Below are positions 51,062 through 64,000 of a stretch of 64,000 nucleotides of DNA, in pieces (the first letter of the stretch is position 1; each line of letters begins with the position of its first letter). The notes under the pieces are model-generated. The model searched no databases, was not told where the DNA came from, and saw nothing but the letters and a program-made list of their open reading frames with translations. The DNA is from Felis catus. Taxonomy: Eukaryota. Position numbers and translations under genes: made by a program. The stretch covers positions 219,358,001-219,422,000 of the forward strand of contig NC_058368.1 of the NCBI RefSeq assembly GCF_018350175.1. Direction: 5' to 3'.

Positions 51062-53065
51062 TTGTTTGTTTTTCTAATAATTTAAGTATATTTGTTTTCT
51101 ATCATGCTTGCATAGTTGCATAGTTTCTGATGAGAGGCCCGTTGTAATTCTTACATTTGTTCCTTTTTACCTATGGTTTTATTTTTCTCTGACTTTCAAG
51201 ATTTTCTCTTTGTCATTGGCTTTCTGCATTTTGAAAACCTAGGATATGTTTTTGTTTATGTTTCTGAATTTATTTTGGTTGATGTTGTCTGAGCTTCCTA
51301 AATCTGTACTTTGGTGTCTGTCTTTAATTTTAAAAAGTTGTTGACCATCAATACTTGGAATATTTCTTGTCATCCACTCTCTTTTTCCTCTTTTTAGTAA
51401 ATCAATTATGCATTATACCTTTTAAAATTGTCGCACATATCTTGTATGCTCTTTAATATTCTTTTTTTTCTCAATTTCTTTAACTTTTATTTCAGTTTAG
51501 GAAGTTTTGTTGGCCTATCTTCAAGCTCACTGATTCTTTCATTGGCTATGTCTGGGCTACTGATGAGTCTGTCCCAAACATTCTTCAATCTGTTATAGTG
51601 TTTGTAATTTCGAGGATGTATGTCTGATTCTTAGTTTATATCTCTCAGCTGGTATTACCCATATTGAATGTTTCCTATTATTTCCATTAGAACCCTTAAC
51701 ATATTAATCATAGTTACTTTAAATTCCTTGTCTGATAATTCCAACATCTGTGTCATATTCAAGTCTAGTTCTGATACTTGTTCTGTGTGTTCAGATTGTA
51801 TTTTTTTTCTTGCCTTTTGGCATGCTTTCTAATATTTTTGGAAAGCCAGACATGTTCAAAGGGTTCTAGCACCTAAGGTAAATAGGCTTTTAGTGCAAGG
51901 ATTTGTGGTATTCTGGTTAGGAGTTAGGCTGGGTTTAATGTTTGCTGAAGGTTTAGGTGCCAGAAGCTCCACATTCCTCTTGTGTTTTTGTTTGTTTGTT
52001 TATTTATTTGTTTTTGTGTGCCAGCTCCACATTGGGCTTCCCTCAGAGAGTGCTTGCTTTTGCTCTTATTTCCACTATGATGTATTATTGTTATGCTGGA
52101 GCCCTGCTGGTATCGGGGAAGAGAAGCGCTTTAAAATCTTATGACTACATTGCAGTCTTTTAGTGGGCCTCTGTCTCTGGGCTTTAATTTTCACAACTGT
52201 TTTTGTTTAAGTGGTATTGTCCCTTCCCCTTATCTGAAATAGGAAGCCTACGGGAGATGAAATTGGAGGAAATATCCTCTCCCTGGGATAAGGCTTTTGT
52301 GAAATATTGTTACCCTGGAGAGTAGGCCTTTGTAATGGAGAATGCTTTAGGTATATTTCACAATGATTCATCTTTTTCCACTGCCAGAGCCTTGAGGGCA
52401 TCTTTGACTTTTTTGAAGATAAAGTTCACAAACTTGTGGAGCACCCCCACCCCCAAGGCCATACCTTCAAGAGTTTTTCACTCTCAAGCGAGTCCACATT
52501 CAAACTCCAAAAAGTTTATCAAAATTACCTTTAAATGTTCTTCAAGTTTATGGTGCTTGTATCTATATTTTCCAGGTAAGCAAATCTCAGCTTTAAATCG
52601 CTGGATTCACCTTTTTTTCCAGATATCAGTGTGGATATGTTGCTTTGCAACCTCAGTTCTCTGATGGGGTCGAAAAGGTAATTTATTTTCAGTTTGTTAA
52701 TTCAATTCTTGCTGTAAATACAGATATAATAACTTACAAGCTCTTTCCATATTGGGACTTAAACCCAAAGTCTGAATATTGTAAGTTTGACAAAATCAAA
52801 TTTATATTTTTTTTTCTTTTATGCTTTGTTATTTTTTTTCTGTCTCATATTTTCCCTTTTATTCTAAGAAATATTTATCCACCACAAGGTCAGGAAGATT
52901 CTTTCCTACATTTTCTTTGAGAAGTTTTATAGTTTTAACATTTATGTTTAGGATTGCCATCCATCTCAAATTAATTATTGTCTGTGGAATTAAGTAAGGA
53001 TTTAGGAGCTTTTTCCCCTTACATTTATCTAGTTGATGCAGCACCATTTGTTGAAAAGACATTCA

Positions 53066-53261
53066 CTGTGGCATAAGTCATGGAAATAAAATGTACGGCA
53101 GAGGGAATATAGTCAATGGTATTGTAATAGTGTTGTACGGTGACAGATGGTAACTACAGTTGTGAACACAGCACAACGTATAGAGAAGTGGAATCACTAT
53201 GTTGTACACCCGAAACTAATGTAGCATTGTGTGTTAACTATATTCAAATTATTTTTTTAAA
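53066..53261 (+). mobile_element. Very short 5'-truncated L1 (3' UTR only, 196 bp)
   Basis: 13-bp TSD gaaaagacattca (53053-53065 and 53262-53274); gaatcactatgttgtacacccgaaactaat motif. Confidence 0.92.
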
Positions 53262-54261
53262 GAAAAGACATTCATTCTGAATTTCTTGCACTTTTGTTGA
53301 AAATCAATTGTCTATATAAATGTGAGCTATTTCTAGTTGCTTTCTTCTGTTTCATTGATCACGTTTACAAAACTTGGGTCAATACTACAGTGTCTTATTA
53401 CTGAACCTTTGTGTTTTAATGCTTGTACTAAAGAGTCATTTATTTTTAAAACAATTTAAAAGAAGCATAAGTATTATCATTTATATTTCCCCATATATTT
53501 ACTTTTTTGAGTGCCTTTCATTTCATTCTATAGATTCAAGTTCCTCTTCCTATCTTGTGCAATTCCCCTTTTATTAGGAAGAATTTTCTTTAGCATTGCT
53601 TGTAGTGCAAGAATTTCTTCAATATTTCTTTTTTTTAATTGTTTTTATTTTGTGTTCTTTTCTGAATGATGTCTTCATTGGATATTGAATTCTGGAAGGA
53701 CAGTTACTTTCTGTTTTGTTCTATCATGTACTGGTTTATTGATGATAAAATATATACTGTCTTTCCTATCATTGTTTACTGAATATAATGTATTTTTAAG
53801 CCGCTTTCAATAATTTTTCTAGCTCTGATTTTCAGCGGTTTGCTCATATGGGCCTTTCTTCTTCCTATACATGTCTTTTGCTGATCTTAGATTTCTAATA
53901 TAACATTTTGACCAAATTTGCAAGACTTTCAGTAATTATTTTTTCAAATAAGTTTTTTTCTTTCCCATTCTTTCTCTCTACTTATTATTTCAGTTAGGTA
54001 TGTGCTAGTCTGGTTGATAATTCTCGCAACTCACTAAGATTCTGTTTCTTTTTCTTTTTTCTTTTTTGGTTCGATTTACTCTTTTTATTTCATACTGGAT
54101 CTTCATTAAATTTTACATTCCTGAGTTGTGTGGCATATCCAATCTGCTATTAAGTCCGTGTAATTTTTTAATAAAATATCAGATATTATAGCTTTCATAT
54201 AGAATTTTTATTTGATTCTTTAGTATAGTTTCTACTTCTTTTTGAGATAATCTGTTTGAAT

Positions 54262-55111
54262 TGAAAAGAACAGCTTTAAATCCAAATGACAGCCCTGCCT
54301 TAGTTTAAAGCTAGGTTCTCTTTTCTGCTTATTATGGATCTTTGATAAGAAATACAATTGCTGTTTGCTACGAGCATTGTGAGGCCTTTCCTGAATGTAA
54401 CCCGCTGTGTAGTAGAATGGGTTGTAAACCTTCCTAAATGTAGTCTGATATGTAATGGAATGAGTGATTGTACATAAACTAACCAGCATTTCTCGCTTCT
54501 GTAAACCTGCTTGCTTAGCACATTCCTCACCTACCCTACCCCCTTCCCCCTTCCCCCTTTTTCCTCCCGCCACAAGTAACAGACAAAGCCTTCCCGTGAA
54601 AGGACAGACAAAGGACGCCCAATCAGAGAACAACAAATGTCCTTACTTTAAAATCAACTAATCAGGCCCCTCATAATTTGAAACCTCCCCTGTGCTATTT
54701 GTCTCTGTCTATAAAAACGCTGTACTGGGGCGCCTGGGTGGCGCAATCGGTTAAGCGTCCGACTTCAGCCAGGTCACGATCTTGCGGTCTGTGAGTTCCA
54801 GCCCCGCGTCAGGCTCTGGGCTGATGGCTCAGAGCCTGGAGCCTGTTTCCGATTCTGTGTCTCCCTCTCTCTCTGCCCCTCCCCTGTTCATGCTCTGTCT
54901 CTCTCTGTCCCAAAAATAAATAAACGTTGAAAAAAAAAAAAAAAAAAAAAAAAAAAACGCTGTACCAACCCTGATCGTGGCCTCTTGCGTCACCGGCGAC
55001 GAGTGCGCAGAGGACCAGGTTCGAACCTGCAATAAACGACCCTTGCCTCTTGGCTTTGACTTACGACTCTGGTGGACTTCTGTGGGAGGTTTCAGAACTT
55101 CGGACATTACA
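54262..55111 (+). mobile_element. Solo LTR of a class I (gammaretrovirus-like) endogenous retrovirus, interrupted by a SINE
   Basis: TGAAA...TTACA termini; 4-bp TSD gaat (54258-54261 and 55112-55115); CCAAT 54619, TATAAAAA 54710 and AATAAA 55031 in U3-R-U5 order. Confidence 0.9.
54727..54952 (+). mobile_element. Young SINEC_Fc inside the LTR
   Basis: 13-bp TSD aaaaacgctgtac (54713-54725 and 54953-54965); long pure A tail. Confidence 0.98.
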
Positions 55112-55172
55112 GAATATTATGACCACATTTTTTGTTTAAGTTCATGTACTTAAGAATTTATAAACCTGCTAA

Positions 55173-55237
55173 GGGGCACCAGGCTGGCTTAGTTGAAAGA
55201 GCATGTGACTCTTGATCTTGGGTTTGTAAGTTTGAGC
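55173..55237 (+). mobile_element. tRNA-Lys-like SINE head, 3' end missing
   Basis: ggggcaccaggctggcttagttgaaagagcatgtgactcttgatctt...gtttgagc. Confidence 0.75.
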
Positions 55238-55239
55238 TT

Positions 55240-55886
55240 TGTATTTTTTTTTTTTTTATTACTCCATAGCAAATTACCACACACTTAGCTGCTTAAAATA
55301 ATAGCCATTCATTATTTCACAGTTTTCAAGGTCATTAATCTTGGTGCAGTCTACTCATGTCTGCCAGATGTATAGGCTCCCACAAGGCCAAAATCAAGGT
55401 ATCAGCTGGGCTGGGCTCTTATTCCATGGTTCTAGGAAATAATCAATTTCCAAGTTCATTCTTGTCTTTGGCAGATAAATTTATTTGTGGTTGGACCACC
55501 AAACTAAGGACTGGCTTTCTAGCTTGTGGCCTAGGGCAACTTTCAGCTTGTAAAGAACTTCTTATATACTAGAAGCCACTTCAGGCTTTGCATTTGGCCT
55601 CCCCATCTTAAAAGGCAGCACTAGTGTTTCAAAATATTTTTTTGTTATCCAAATCAGCAGATAGAAGACTATATGTTTACTGATTTAAATGTTAATCCCA
55701 TCCAAACATAGTTTCCAAGTTGTCAAGATTGTTCACCACAAGTTGTAACCTTAAATTTATCTGCTTAATCTCTTTTCCCATGTTGCCTGTATGATATGAT
55801 CATTGTTATGATAGCTCATCATATTATAGTCCTAGGAATTAGGACATAGAATCTTGGTAGGCCATTCTAGAATTCTGCTTAACACA
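55240..55886 (-). mobile_element. MaLR (MLT1-like) LTR
   Basis: caaattaccacacacttagctgcttaaaa; aaatcaaggtatcagctgggctg; ...gaattctgcttaacaca end. Confidence 0.8.
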
Positions 55887-57599
55887 TGTTCTAAAGTTCT
55901 TGTCTGTTCATTTTGACACCCATGTTAACTCAATTTCTATTCATGTTGACTGTTTTTTCTCTTTATCTTCGATCACATTTCCTGTTATTTCATGTCTAAT
56001 CACTTTTTACTATAAACTGGATAGTGTATATTATGGTGTGTAGAGACTGAATTCTGTTATCTTCCTTGAAAATATATTTATCATTTTTTCTAGTATGAAA
56101 TCTAATTATTGTCTGTCAACTTAAATTTATGGAAGTTTAGTGTCATGCTTTCTCTTCTCCAAGGACAACTTCTTTAGTCCTGCAATGTAGTCTAAATTTT
56201 AAGGTGTGGCAATTTTAAGTCTTAAATGATAAATCTGAAATGTTTGCTATGTCTCTGCCTATGTTTTGAGGCTCACACTTCATACTTTATTTCTTCTATA
56301 GCTCAGTAGCTTTAGTTTTCCAATAGTTATTTTCTGACAGGTTTCTTGAAGGCTGCCTTTCACGTGTGCAAGTCAGGATTCATTCAAGGATTTAAAGGAA
56401 CTTGTATGCAAATTGTAGAATTGCCTCTTTTGGGTGGCTCGCTTCTTTATAGGGCTTCCTTCCTCAATGTCCAGCCAGTCTGGCAGCCAGAATTCTTCTA
56501 ACAGCCTAAATAAATAAGACTGCATCTTTCTACTTGAATTCTAGTCAACTTATGCCCCACCAACTAAGGATTTCACTCAGATTAAAGCTTGAAAAGAATT
56601 TAACTTAGTATACTTCTTTAAAAGAAAAAAAAGTCTGCATACTTAAATTTCTACCTGATTTTCTTTCTTTGTGTTTGCCTTTTAGTGATTTTCTATTTCT
56701 TTTCTTCAAATAGTTAAGTTTTACTTGCTTATTCATTCAGTTAATTTTATATTTTGTCCATAGGTTATCATTCCTGTCTCTAGGGTGATTTGATTGATAC
56801 CAGCTGATGCTGAGCTGTGTTGTTATTACTGAACTAGAATCTTCTATTGACATTTTACTGACAATGCTAGCACATATTTAGATGATTATGATAATAATAG
56901 TAATGATAATAACTCCTTAAGTTTGTCCATAAATTTGGAAATTTATTTAATTTTATATGCAAACTATACATACACATAAACTTCCACATGTATTCATATG
57001 TACATACACAGACACACACACACACATATATCTTTAGTAGAAATTGAATTTTATACAACTGCATTTGGAGGATGTATTCACATCATTATATGACATTTAA
57101 TTTGCACTGTTCAAACTAAGCAGAGATGCTCCTTGCCTAATCATGTATCCTATTCAAATTGTTTATTTCTTTAAGATCTAATTCAATTTTTATCTGCCAA
57201 ATAAAGAATTCTTCAACAACCGTTAACACTCACTGATATTTAAAACATGATTTAGCACTACTTTTCATACTGACTTGGCTTTCTCACTTTTTGAGTCATA
57301 TACATTACTCATGACACCTCAACTTGAAAGCAAAATTCTTCCAGATAAGTACAAAGTTACAGGCTATTTTTTAAGTGGTTCATAGTCGAATTGAAAGAAC
57401 CCAAGATCTATATTCAAATAGAGGTAACTTGGAGCTCTGACCTAACACTTGGCTGTGTGACTTGACATATTTCTTAATTTTCTGGCCTCATCTTCTCCCT
57501 CTGAAAATTGTACTTGAGAGTGTTCTATAAATTGTTACATGGTCTATGTTATTCTTTTTCTAGAATCACATGTTAACATGTCAAATATACTTTGTTTTC

Positions 57600-58027
57600 T
57601 TCTTCTTTAATATAACTTATTGTCAAGTTAGCTAACATACAGGGTATACAGTGTGCTCTTGACTTCCAGGGTAGATTCCTGTGATTCATTGCCTACATAC
57701 AACACCCAGTGCTCATCCCCACAAGTGCCTTCCTCAAGCCCCATCACCCAATTTACCCTCTCCCCTACCACCCCCATCGACCCTCAGTTTGTTCTCTGTA
57801 TTTAAGAGTCTCTTATGGTTTGCCTCCTTCTCTGTTTGAAACTATTTTCCCCTCCCCTTCCCCCTAGACATCTGTTAAGTTTCTCAAGTTCCACATATGA
57901 GTGAAAACATATGATACCTGTCTTTCTCTGACTAACTTATTTCACTTAACATAATACCCTCCAGTTCCTTCCACATTATTGCGACATTGTGGCAGGATTT
58001 CATTCTTTCTCATTGCCAATATTTACC
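57600..58027 (-). mobile_element. 5'-truncated felid/carnivore L1 3' end
   Basis: Perfect 18-bp TSD caaatatactttgttttc (57582-57599 and 58028-58045, then aa); similar to 25390-25705. Confidence 0.96.
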
Positions 58028-59559
58028 CAAATATACTTTGTTTTCAATAATCTTTGCTGATTGGATGATAATTGTAGACCCAGTGTGCTGCACACTAAAA
58101 ACAAATTAGATCTGTGTGTTTCTGCCAATTGCAACAATTTCAACAAGCAAAACTGAACACGTTTTGATAAGAGTCCTGAATGATATATCCCTGATATCAA
58201 CTATAAAGATTGCATAGCTATTTTGAATCATACAGAAGGTATCAAAGTGGATATACCATTATGGCTGAAAGTTTTCAATGTGAAATGAGTAAGAGGGTGA
58301 GAAACAAAATTTCTAAAATTTAAAATTTGATTTGAAATAATACCGGGCTTTATCAGTTTTTGAGCTTTGCCTCAACTATTTGGATGAAATGTTTGTCTTT
58401 TAGTAAACAGATTAAGCACTGAAAATTTTAGAAACTTTTTGGGGAGAATGGGGGAAGAAAACCAGGCCACTTTTATTTTCCCAAAAATAATTATCATGCA
58501 AATCTTATTTTAAATTGTGAAATCTCTAATAACTATAATAATTAGATTGAAATAAGGGGAAAAAATGAAATGGGTCTTTATTTAGGTTACCAAAATAAAT
58601 AAGCTTACATATGATGTGTTTTATCCCTAGATGCTGACTTACTCAACATCTGAAAAAGTGTGAAATAATTTGTACAAACACCATATTACAGTTAGCCTAT
58701 GATTTAGATAAGAAGTTTAAGATAGTCAATTGATTTAGTTATGTTATTATAATATTCTCCTATATTTACCATAGTTCTCTATTCACTACAGCCAACTCAT
58801 TGATGTATTTTTCGTGAAAACAAATCTGTAAAAATTTGTAAGCTATGTCGTGGTAATTATGGAAAGATAAAACAGATTTTTCATAGTCATGTCTGTGCTT
58901 ATTATAATGGGATAACGAAATTATGTTTTTTGGATTAGTGCATCTTTAATTCTGTGAGATTCTAATCAAACAGATTTATAAGCATTCAAAACAGAACTTC
59001 AGGTAGATAAACTAGTTTTGATCAATGCAGTTTTAATTGCTGAAGAACGTGTAGGGGACAATTGAAAGGGTTAGAACTAGTAATAATTTTAAGTTGTTAA
59101 TATAGGAAGTTGTCTTTATTTTCTTTCTAAAGGAAAAGGTGTACTGAATATTAAAAATTGACTGGATGTTTTTAATTGTCTCTTTATCTTTTGTTCCCAT
59201 TTTTTCTTTCCTCCAAGCTCAATGACACTCCAAGCTCAGAAACAGCTTAGTGGGTTTTGCTAAGGATGATGATGATGATAAACATGATTTTTAACAGGTA
59301 ATCTATTTGAAGAATGGTCTATTATGCTATATTATAGGTGGGGAACTATATAAAGTTAAGGCCATTTTCCCTTTTCCATTGTTCACTGGGCAGTAGATTA
59401 CTAAAGTTACATCTGAAAAAGAAAGAATATAAAAAAATGTTGATGACATTATTAATAGAAAAAAATGTTATAATTATTTAAACTTTATTATACATATGCT
59501 GACTTTTAACCTTTGGTTTTATAATACTGGTAATTTTCACCTTTTATGCATGATAAAAA

Positions 59560-59805
59560 TGGCTTTACACATTTCCCTTCTATTTCCATTAATTACCTCA
59601 TTCTGAAGTATAAATTAACTTCTTTAATTCATAAAACAAAGCCAGTAAGTTGGCCTATTATGTTCCCCATTTTGCAGATGAGGAAGATGATTGCAGAAAA
59701 AATAAATGACTTTCCTAGCATCTCACAGCTAGTTGGTGGCAAAGCCAATATTTGGACTCTGGAATTTTGCATGCAGGATCCACATTTTAACCACTTCACT
59801 CTGAT
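59560..59805 (-). mobile_element. MIR relic
   Basis: Core motif ccccattttgcagatgaggaa...aaatgactttcctagcatctcacagctagt. Confidence 0.85.
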
Positions 59806-62800
59806 TTCTAAGAGCTAATGAGCCTTTCATAGAAAAGAGCTCCAAAAAGTGCAGACAGGAAGTTGAATGATGAAATGGCCAATATACAAGAACAAAAGCT
59901 AGTATATTTTAAAGCAGCAAAACGTAGTTTTGTATTGCATAGCACTTTATATACACTGTGCTCTTTTGCATATTCTCTTCAGTCCCCTAAAAGTGTCATT
60001 GAGTTGGTGAATGATTGGCAGTTTTACATTTATAATTGACCAATAATGAAAATGTAAATGAGAGGAAAAATATAAGATGTTGTCAGATGGTGATCAATTT
60101 ATAGTACAAATTTTCCCTGTAATGTTCTATAATTGAAACAATATTTGGAAGACATTATCTCAGATGAAATTTTTCCTGAAGGCACACATATGGAGCATTT
60201 TCCAAATTGCCTTTGTTAAAATTTTATTGAAAACAAATTATTTAAAATTTTTATTAATATTAACCCTTCCAAACAATGAGTAGTACTTTTATGATGATAA
60301 TAATATCGAGTACACAAGCAACTAGAAATAACACTATGCTTGAATATGGTCGATTGTAAGAATGTGGTAGTGAACAAAAGTTTTACAAGAGTTTCTTTCA
60401 TTCTTAACTCTGTGTGGGTTTTAAAAACTGAAACATAGGCAAAACAAACAAACAAACAAAAACAAACATTCCCAAGCCTATTGTTAGCTTGAGCTAACAA
60501 TCTCCCATAGGTCTTCATTATAACTCCTTCCTTCATTCAGTACCAGAGATTAGAAACTTTTAGAACCAAGATTTAGATGAGGTTTCTCAGGAAAGCCGTG
60601 GAAATGAAGAAACTGGCATCAAAAATTCTTGGCTGCTTTCTAGTTTATACATGAAAAATAAAGGCCATTGGCCTCCTAAACTCTTCATTTGCTTTTGTTG
60701 TTTGTGTATTCGGTCTTGAAAAAAAAAAAAGATATTACCTTAAGCTAAAACTCGGTATTATTTTTGCTTCTTTATGGACTTATTATTCTGTGCTCTACTG
60801 TACTTTTTGTAGATAAGGAGATAAACATTTCTTTGGGGAGTTGAAACATACCCTGGACCAAAAGTAATAATATTTCAAAACTCTATTTCAGAGAAAATTA
60901 TCATGATGAAAGCTTCTCTCTAGTCTACATTGACCCATGTGCCTTAACCTTTGTCAAATAAGTTACAGCCCACAGAGCCGCAGTAATTCTACATAGGACA
61001 TAAAAACTGGTTTTTCAATTGGTGAGGTCACAGTAAATCAAAACAAAACAGCTGAGGTCATTGGTTTGTTTTTGCCTGTCCCATTAATTCCATCCATCAG
61101 CCATAGGTTGGTACCCTAACCTTGGAGAGTGATCTTGAAAATGTGAATATTTATTTTCTTAAATTTGGGGAGAGGGGTAAGACAGTGTAAATGGAAATGT
61201 GCAAGTAGATCATTAGTCTTTCATAAAAAAAAAAAAAGATAAAACTACAAAGACTACAAAGGGGGTTGGTGAGCAGTATTACCCAAAGGACTCCACATGA
61301 AGGTGCATTATTTGCACAAACGGATGTTCTTCAATATTTAATCCTCTACTTCAAACATACAAGTCCAAGTTAACAAGTGCCTTTGTCCCCAAAGGACATG
61401 TGATTCAGTGTGCTTCTAATTCTGTGACAGCATGCACAAGAATAAATAAATGCTTAAGTTTTCATTTGTTTGACAGGTCTCAATTTTGCTAAAAATCAGC
61501 ATGTTAATACTGAGCAAGGATTAATATTTTTTCTGACTCATTTTATTCAACTTTCAGACAATGATTTTGGAAAGGCTTACTTCCAAGGTTCCAACAAGAC
61601 CGAAGATTTTACGATTCAGTTGAGTTAATTAACAATCAACATGTTATACAGGAGGTCACATTATGTCACCAACTAAACGTTAGAAGACAGGTAATCATGC
61701 AGGAATCAGAGAACACTGTGAAATATCACAATTTGATCTTTCTGAAATGTTTGTTAAAAGACATTAGAAAATTTGTGTTGAGTTAAAGTGATAGAGAAAT
61801 ACTAAGACATAAAGACTGGTTATTTAACTTAAAGCTAAACGATCTTGAACAAATGTATGGAATACATTAAAATTAGTAACTTTGTGATTTAATTTGGTGA
61901 GAAAAAATAAGACATACAGAACAATCATTAATTAAATATCTGGAAAGCAAAACTGAGCATTTTTGTTTTGATATTAATAAATTTTATATGCCAGAAAGAA
62001 AATAACCCTGTTGATTAATGATGATTTTATTAACATGCATAAAGTTGTGGTTTCCCTTGCAAGCTATTGATCACACCTCACATTATTTTTTTTAAAAACA
62101 ATGAAGTTAACAGAAGCTATTCTGCATCAGTAATTTTTAGATGGTTTCAATAAATTAGGATAATTTAATACTATTATTTTCAAAATTCTGAATTTTGTAG
62201 AATGTATGTGTTTTATTGTGAAACAGAATGGGGCACTATTTTAACTTTAAATGATTTTTTTTATATTTAGACATAAATTAGTGAGCAAATTTTATTATCA
62301 TATTATCACTTCAGTATCTAGGCCATGGCTCAGTTGGTACTAATATTTATTATTAACTATTTACTATTTCATACAACATTCTGTTTTTTTAATCTATGTG
62401 GTGCTCTTTATACTATGTGCTTATAAGAGTTCACCCAGATGTGCATGCCTACGTGCCAGTATCAAAGGTCAATATTAACACAGTGGATCTTGTAGGAACA
62501 CAAATTAACCTGCAGAGAGCTGAAATGGCCAAGCAGGAAAGAACATTTTTTTGTTTTAAGAATTTCAGATATTTGATGATAACCTACCAAATACATGATC
62601 AAATAACTTCATTACTTGCCATTGAACTTATTTTCTCAATAGATGTTTTAATGGGGGTTTATGCTAATGCATAAATGTTTTAAAATACTCCTTTGCTAGA
62701 ATGTAGTAAGAGATATACACATCTAAGTTGCATTAAACTAAATGTTATTTTATGTGCAATTTTTAAATTTATGATAAATTAAATTCAATTTAAGTGTAGA

Positions 62801-63499
62801 GACTTCATATGAGTTTGGAAAGAGTTTATTATTGAGATCTACTTTCCAACAAGATGGCAGTTATTGTAAATGTATCAATTAAGTACAATTTATCTTTGAC
62901 TTTATTCTGATTAATTCACTTTTCAGTTTAATTTTAAGCATACAAACCTAGGCCTCCTCATTCCTAATACAATGTTCTTCTAAAATACAATGCTGTCATT
63001 TTTTAATTAATGAAAACAATAATAGTCATTTTTAATGTTTGAAACCTGTCACTTTAATAGGCCCAAAGTCCTTGTTCCCACTTAATATCACCTAGAAACC
63101 AATTGCCATTGCTAAGAAAATCAAAGAGCAGAACTTTATAATATTGAAATCTCATCTCAATGAATTTGTGTGTACCTTCAAAATATCATTCTTATTTAGA
63201 TTCTCAAATTAGGTTTATCTAAAAAAATCATTAACTCGAAATTGCTCAAGTGAAAAGTGTATAGTTTGCCAGATGGTTAGGAAGACAGGTAAGCAGAAAT
63301 CACTGAAGATAGGAGCTACTCGTTGAGCAGCGCAGGAGGGGGGCATCAAGCATGACAATGGTCTCTTCTAAACTATTATTCTGAAATTTTTCAGTCAACA
63401 AAAACAATAATAGTCATGCGTGATGCTAAAGGCAGGGTAAAAGATAAATTCAACATATGTTAAGTGTGGAAAAGTAAGAAGTGTTTAAAAGTCACAAAT

Positions 63500-63843
63500 G
63501 GAATCCATTCTTTTGTGCCTTCTAGCTTTTAGAGACTGACCACATCCTTGGCTCATCCATCTTCAAAGTCAGTAATAGTGGGTCTTTCTCATGCCACCAT
63601 CCCACTGGGTCTCTTCATTTGTTCCCATATCTCTCTTTGAGCTGAAAATGTTCTCTGCTTTTAAAGACTCATATGATTATTTTGGGCTTGCCAGAATAAT
63701 GCAGGATAAACTTTTCTTCTCAATATCCTTAACTTAAATATATTTGCAAAGTCTCTCTTACTGCGTAAGGCAATATATTCACAGGTTTCAAGGATTGGGG
63801 GGTGGATATCTTTGGGGGCCATTCTTCTACCAAAAACATACAC
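63500..63843 (-). mobile_element. MaLR (MLT1-like) LTR part
   Basis: ccttctagcttttagagactg; ccagaataatgcaggataa; gatatctttgggggccattcttctacc. Confidence 0.85.
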
Positions 63844-63849
63844 TTCCTA

Positions 63850-64000
63850 AACTTGCTTTATTTTTACATATAGCACTTACCACCATCTGCAGTATTAAAT
63901 GCTTGTTTGTTTTCTTACTGGCTTTCTCTTAGTTGAATGCAAACTTTTTTGAGAACAAAGACTTTGTACATTTTCTTTACTAATGTATCCCCAAGTTCTA
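63850..64000 (+). mobile_element. L2 3' region, runs off the window
   Basis: catatagcacttaccaccatctg; gaatgcaaactttttgagaacaaagactttg. Confidence 0.7.

Larger units (their letters stand above)
44870..54257 (-). mobile_element. Stack of nested ancient antisense L1 fragments (L1MB/MC/ME-like) hosting younger inserts
   Basis: Repeated antisense L1 3'-end starts (about 44870, 46285, 47460) and ORF2-like antisense sequence. Subfamilies not resolved. Confidence 0.75.

Noticed and set aside
54232..54636. 134-aa ORF
   Set aside because: Antisense to the LTR U3, runs past the LTR edge, and has no recognisable viral motif.
59211..59238. Direct repeat ctccaagctca x2
   Set aside because: Only 6 bp lie between the copies; a trivial local duplication.
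61020..61660. Several AGGTCA half-sites
   Set aside because: No standard DR/IR spacing; compatible with chance.
1..64000. L1 strand bias as evidence of host gene direction
   Set aside because: L1s occur on both strands; too few independent elements to conclude.

Overview
AT-rich mammalian genomic DNA, almost certainly from a cat-family (Felidae) genome: it carries about 23 carnivore tRNA-derived SINEs, several of the young felid SINEC_Fc type, and a felid-type LINE-1. It reads as intergenic or deep intronic sequence, and I recognise no intact protein-coding gene. The long ORFs are decayed L1 ORF1/ORF2, SINE read-throughs or microsatellite artefacts. Main features: a full-length but dead 6.0 kb L1 (minus, 25356-31374, 14-bp TSD); a gammaretrovirus-like solo LTR (54262-55111, 4-bp TSD) split by a young SINE just after its TATA box; a stack of old antisense L1 fragments at about 44.9-56 kb; and L2, MIR, MaLR and MER58 relics plus many microsatellites. 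The most notable signal is a 36-nt copy of the 5' half of tRNA-Gly(TCC) with no poly(A) tail, inserted with a perfect 16-bp TSD into ORF2 of the full-length L1. This is a tailless retropseudogene, a known but often unannotated class. Weaker signals are a CpG-enriched candidate promoter/first exon near 5.0-5.5 kb and some phase-compatible candidate exons on the minus strand. I found no new multi-gene system. Repeat family and tRNA assignments are from recalled sequences, not database searches.
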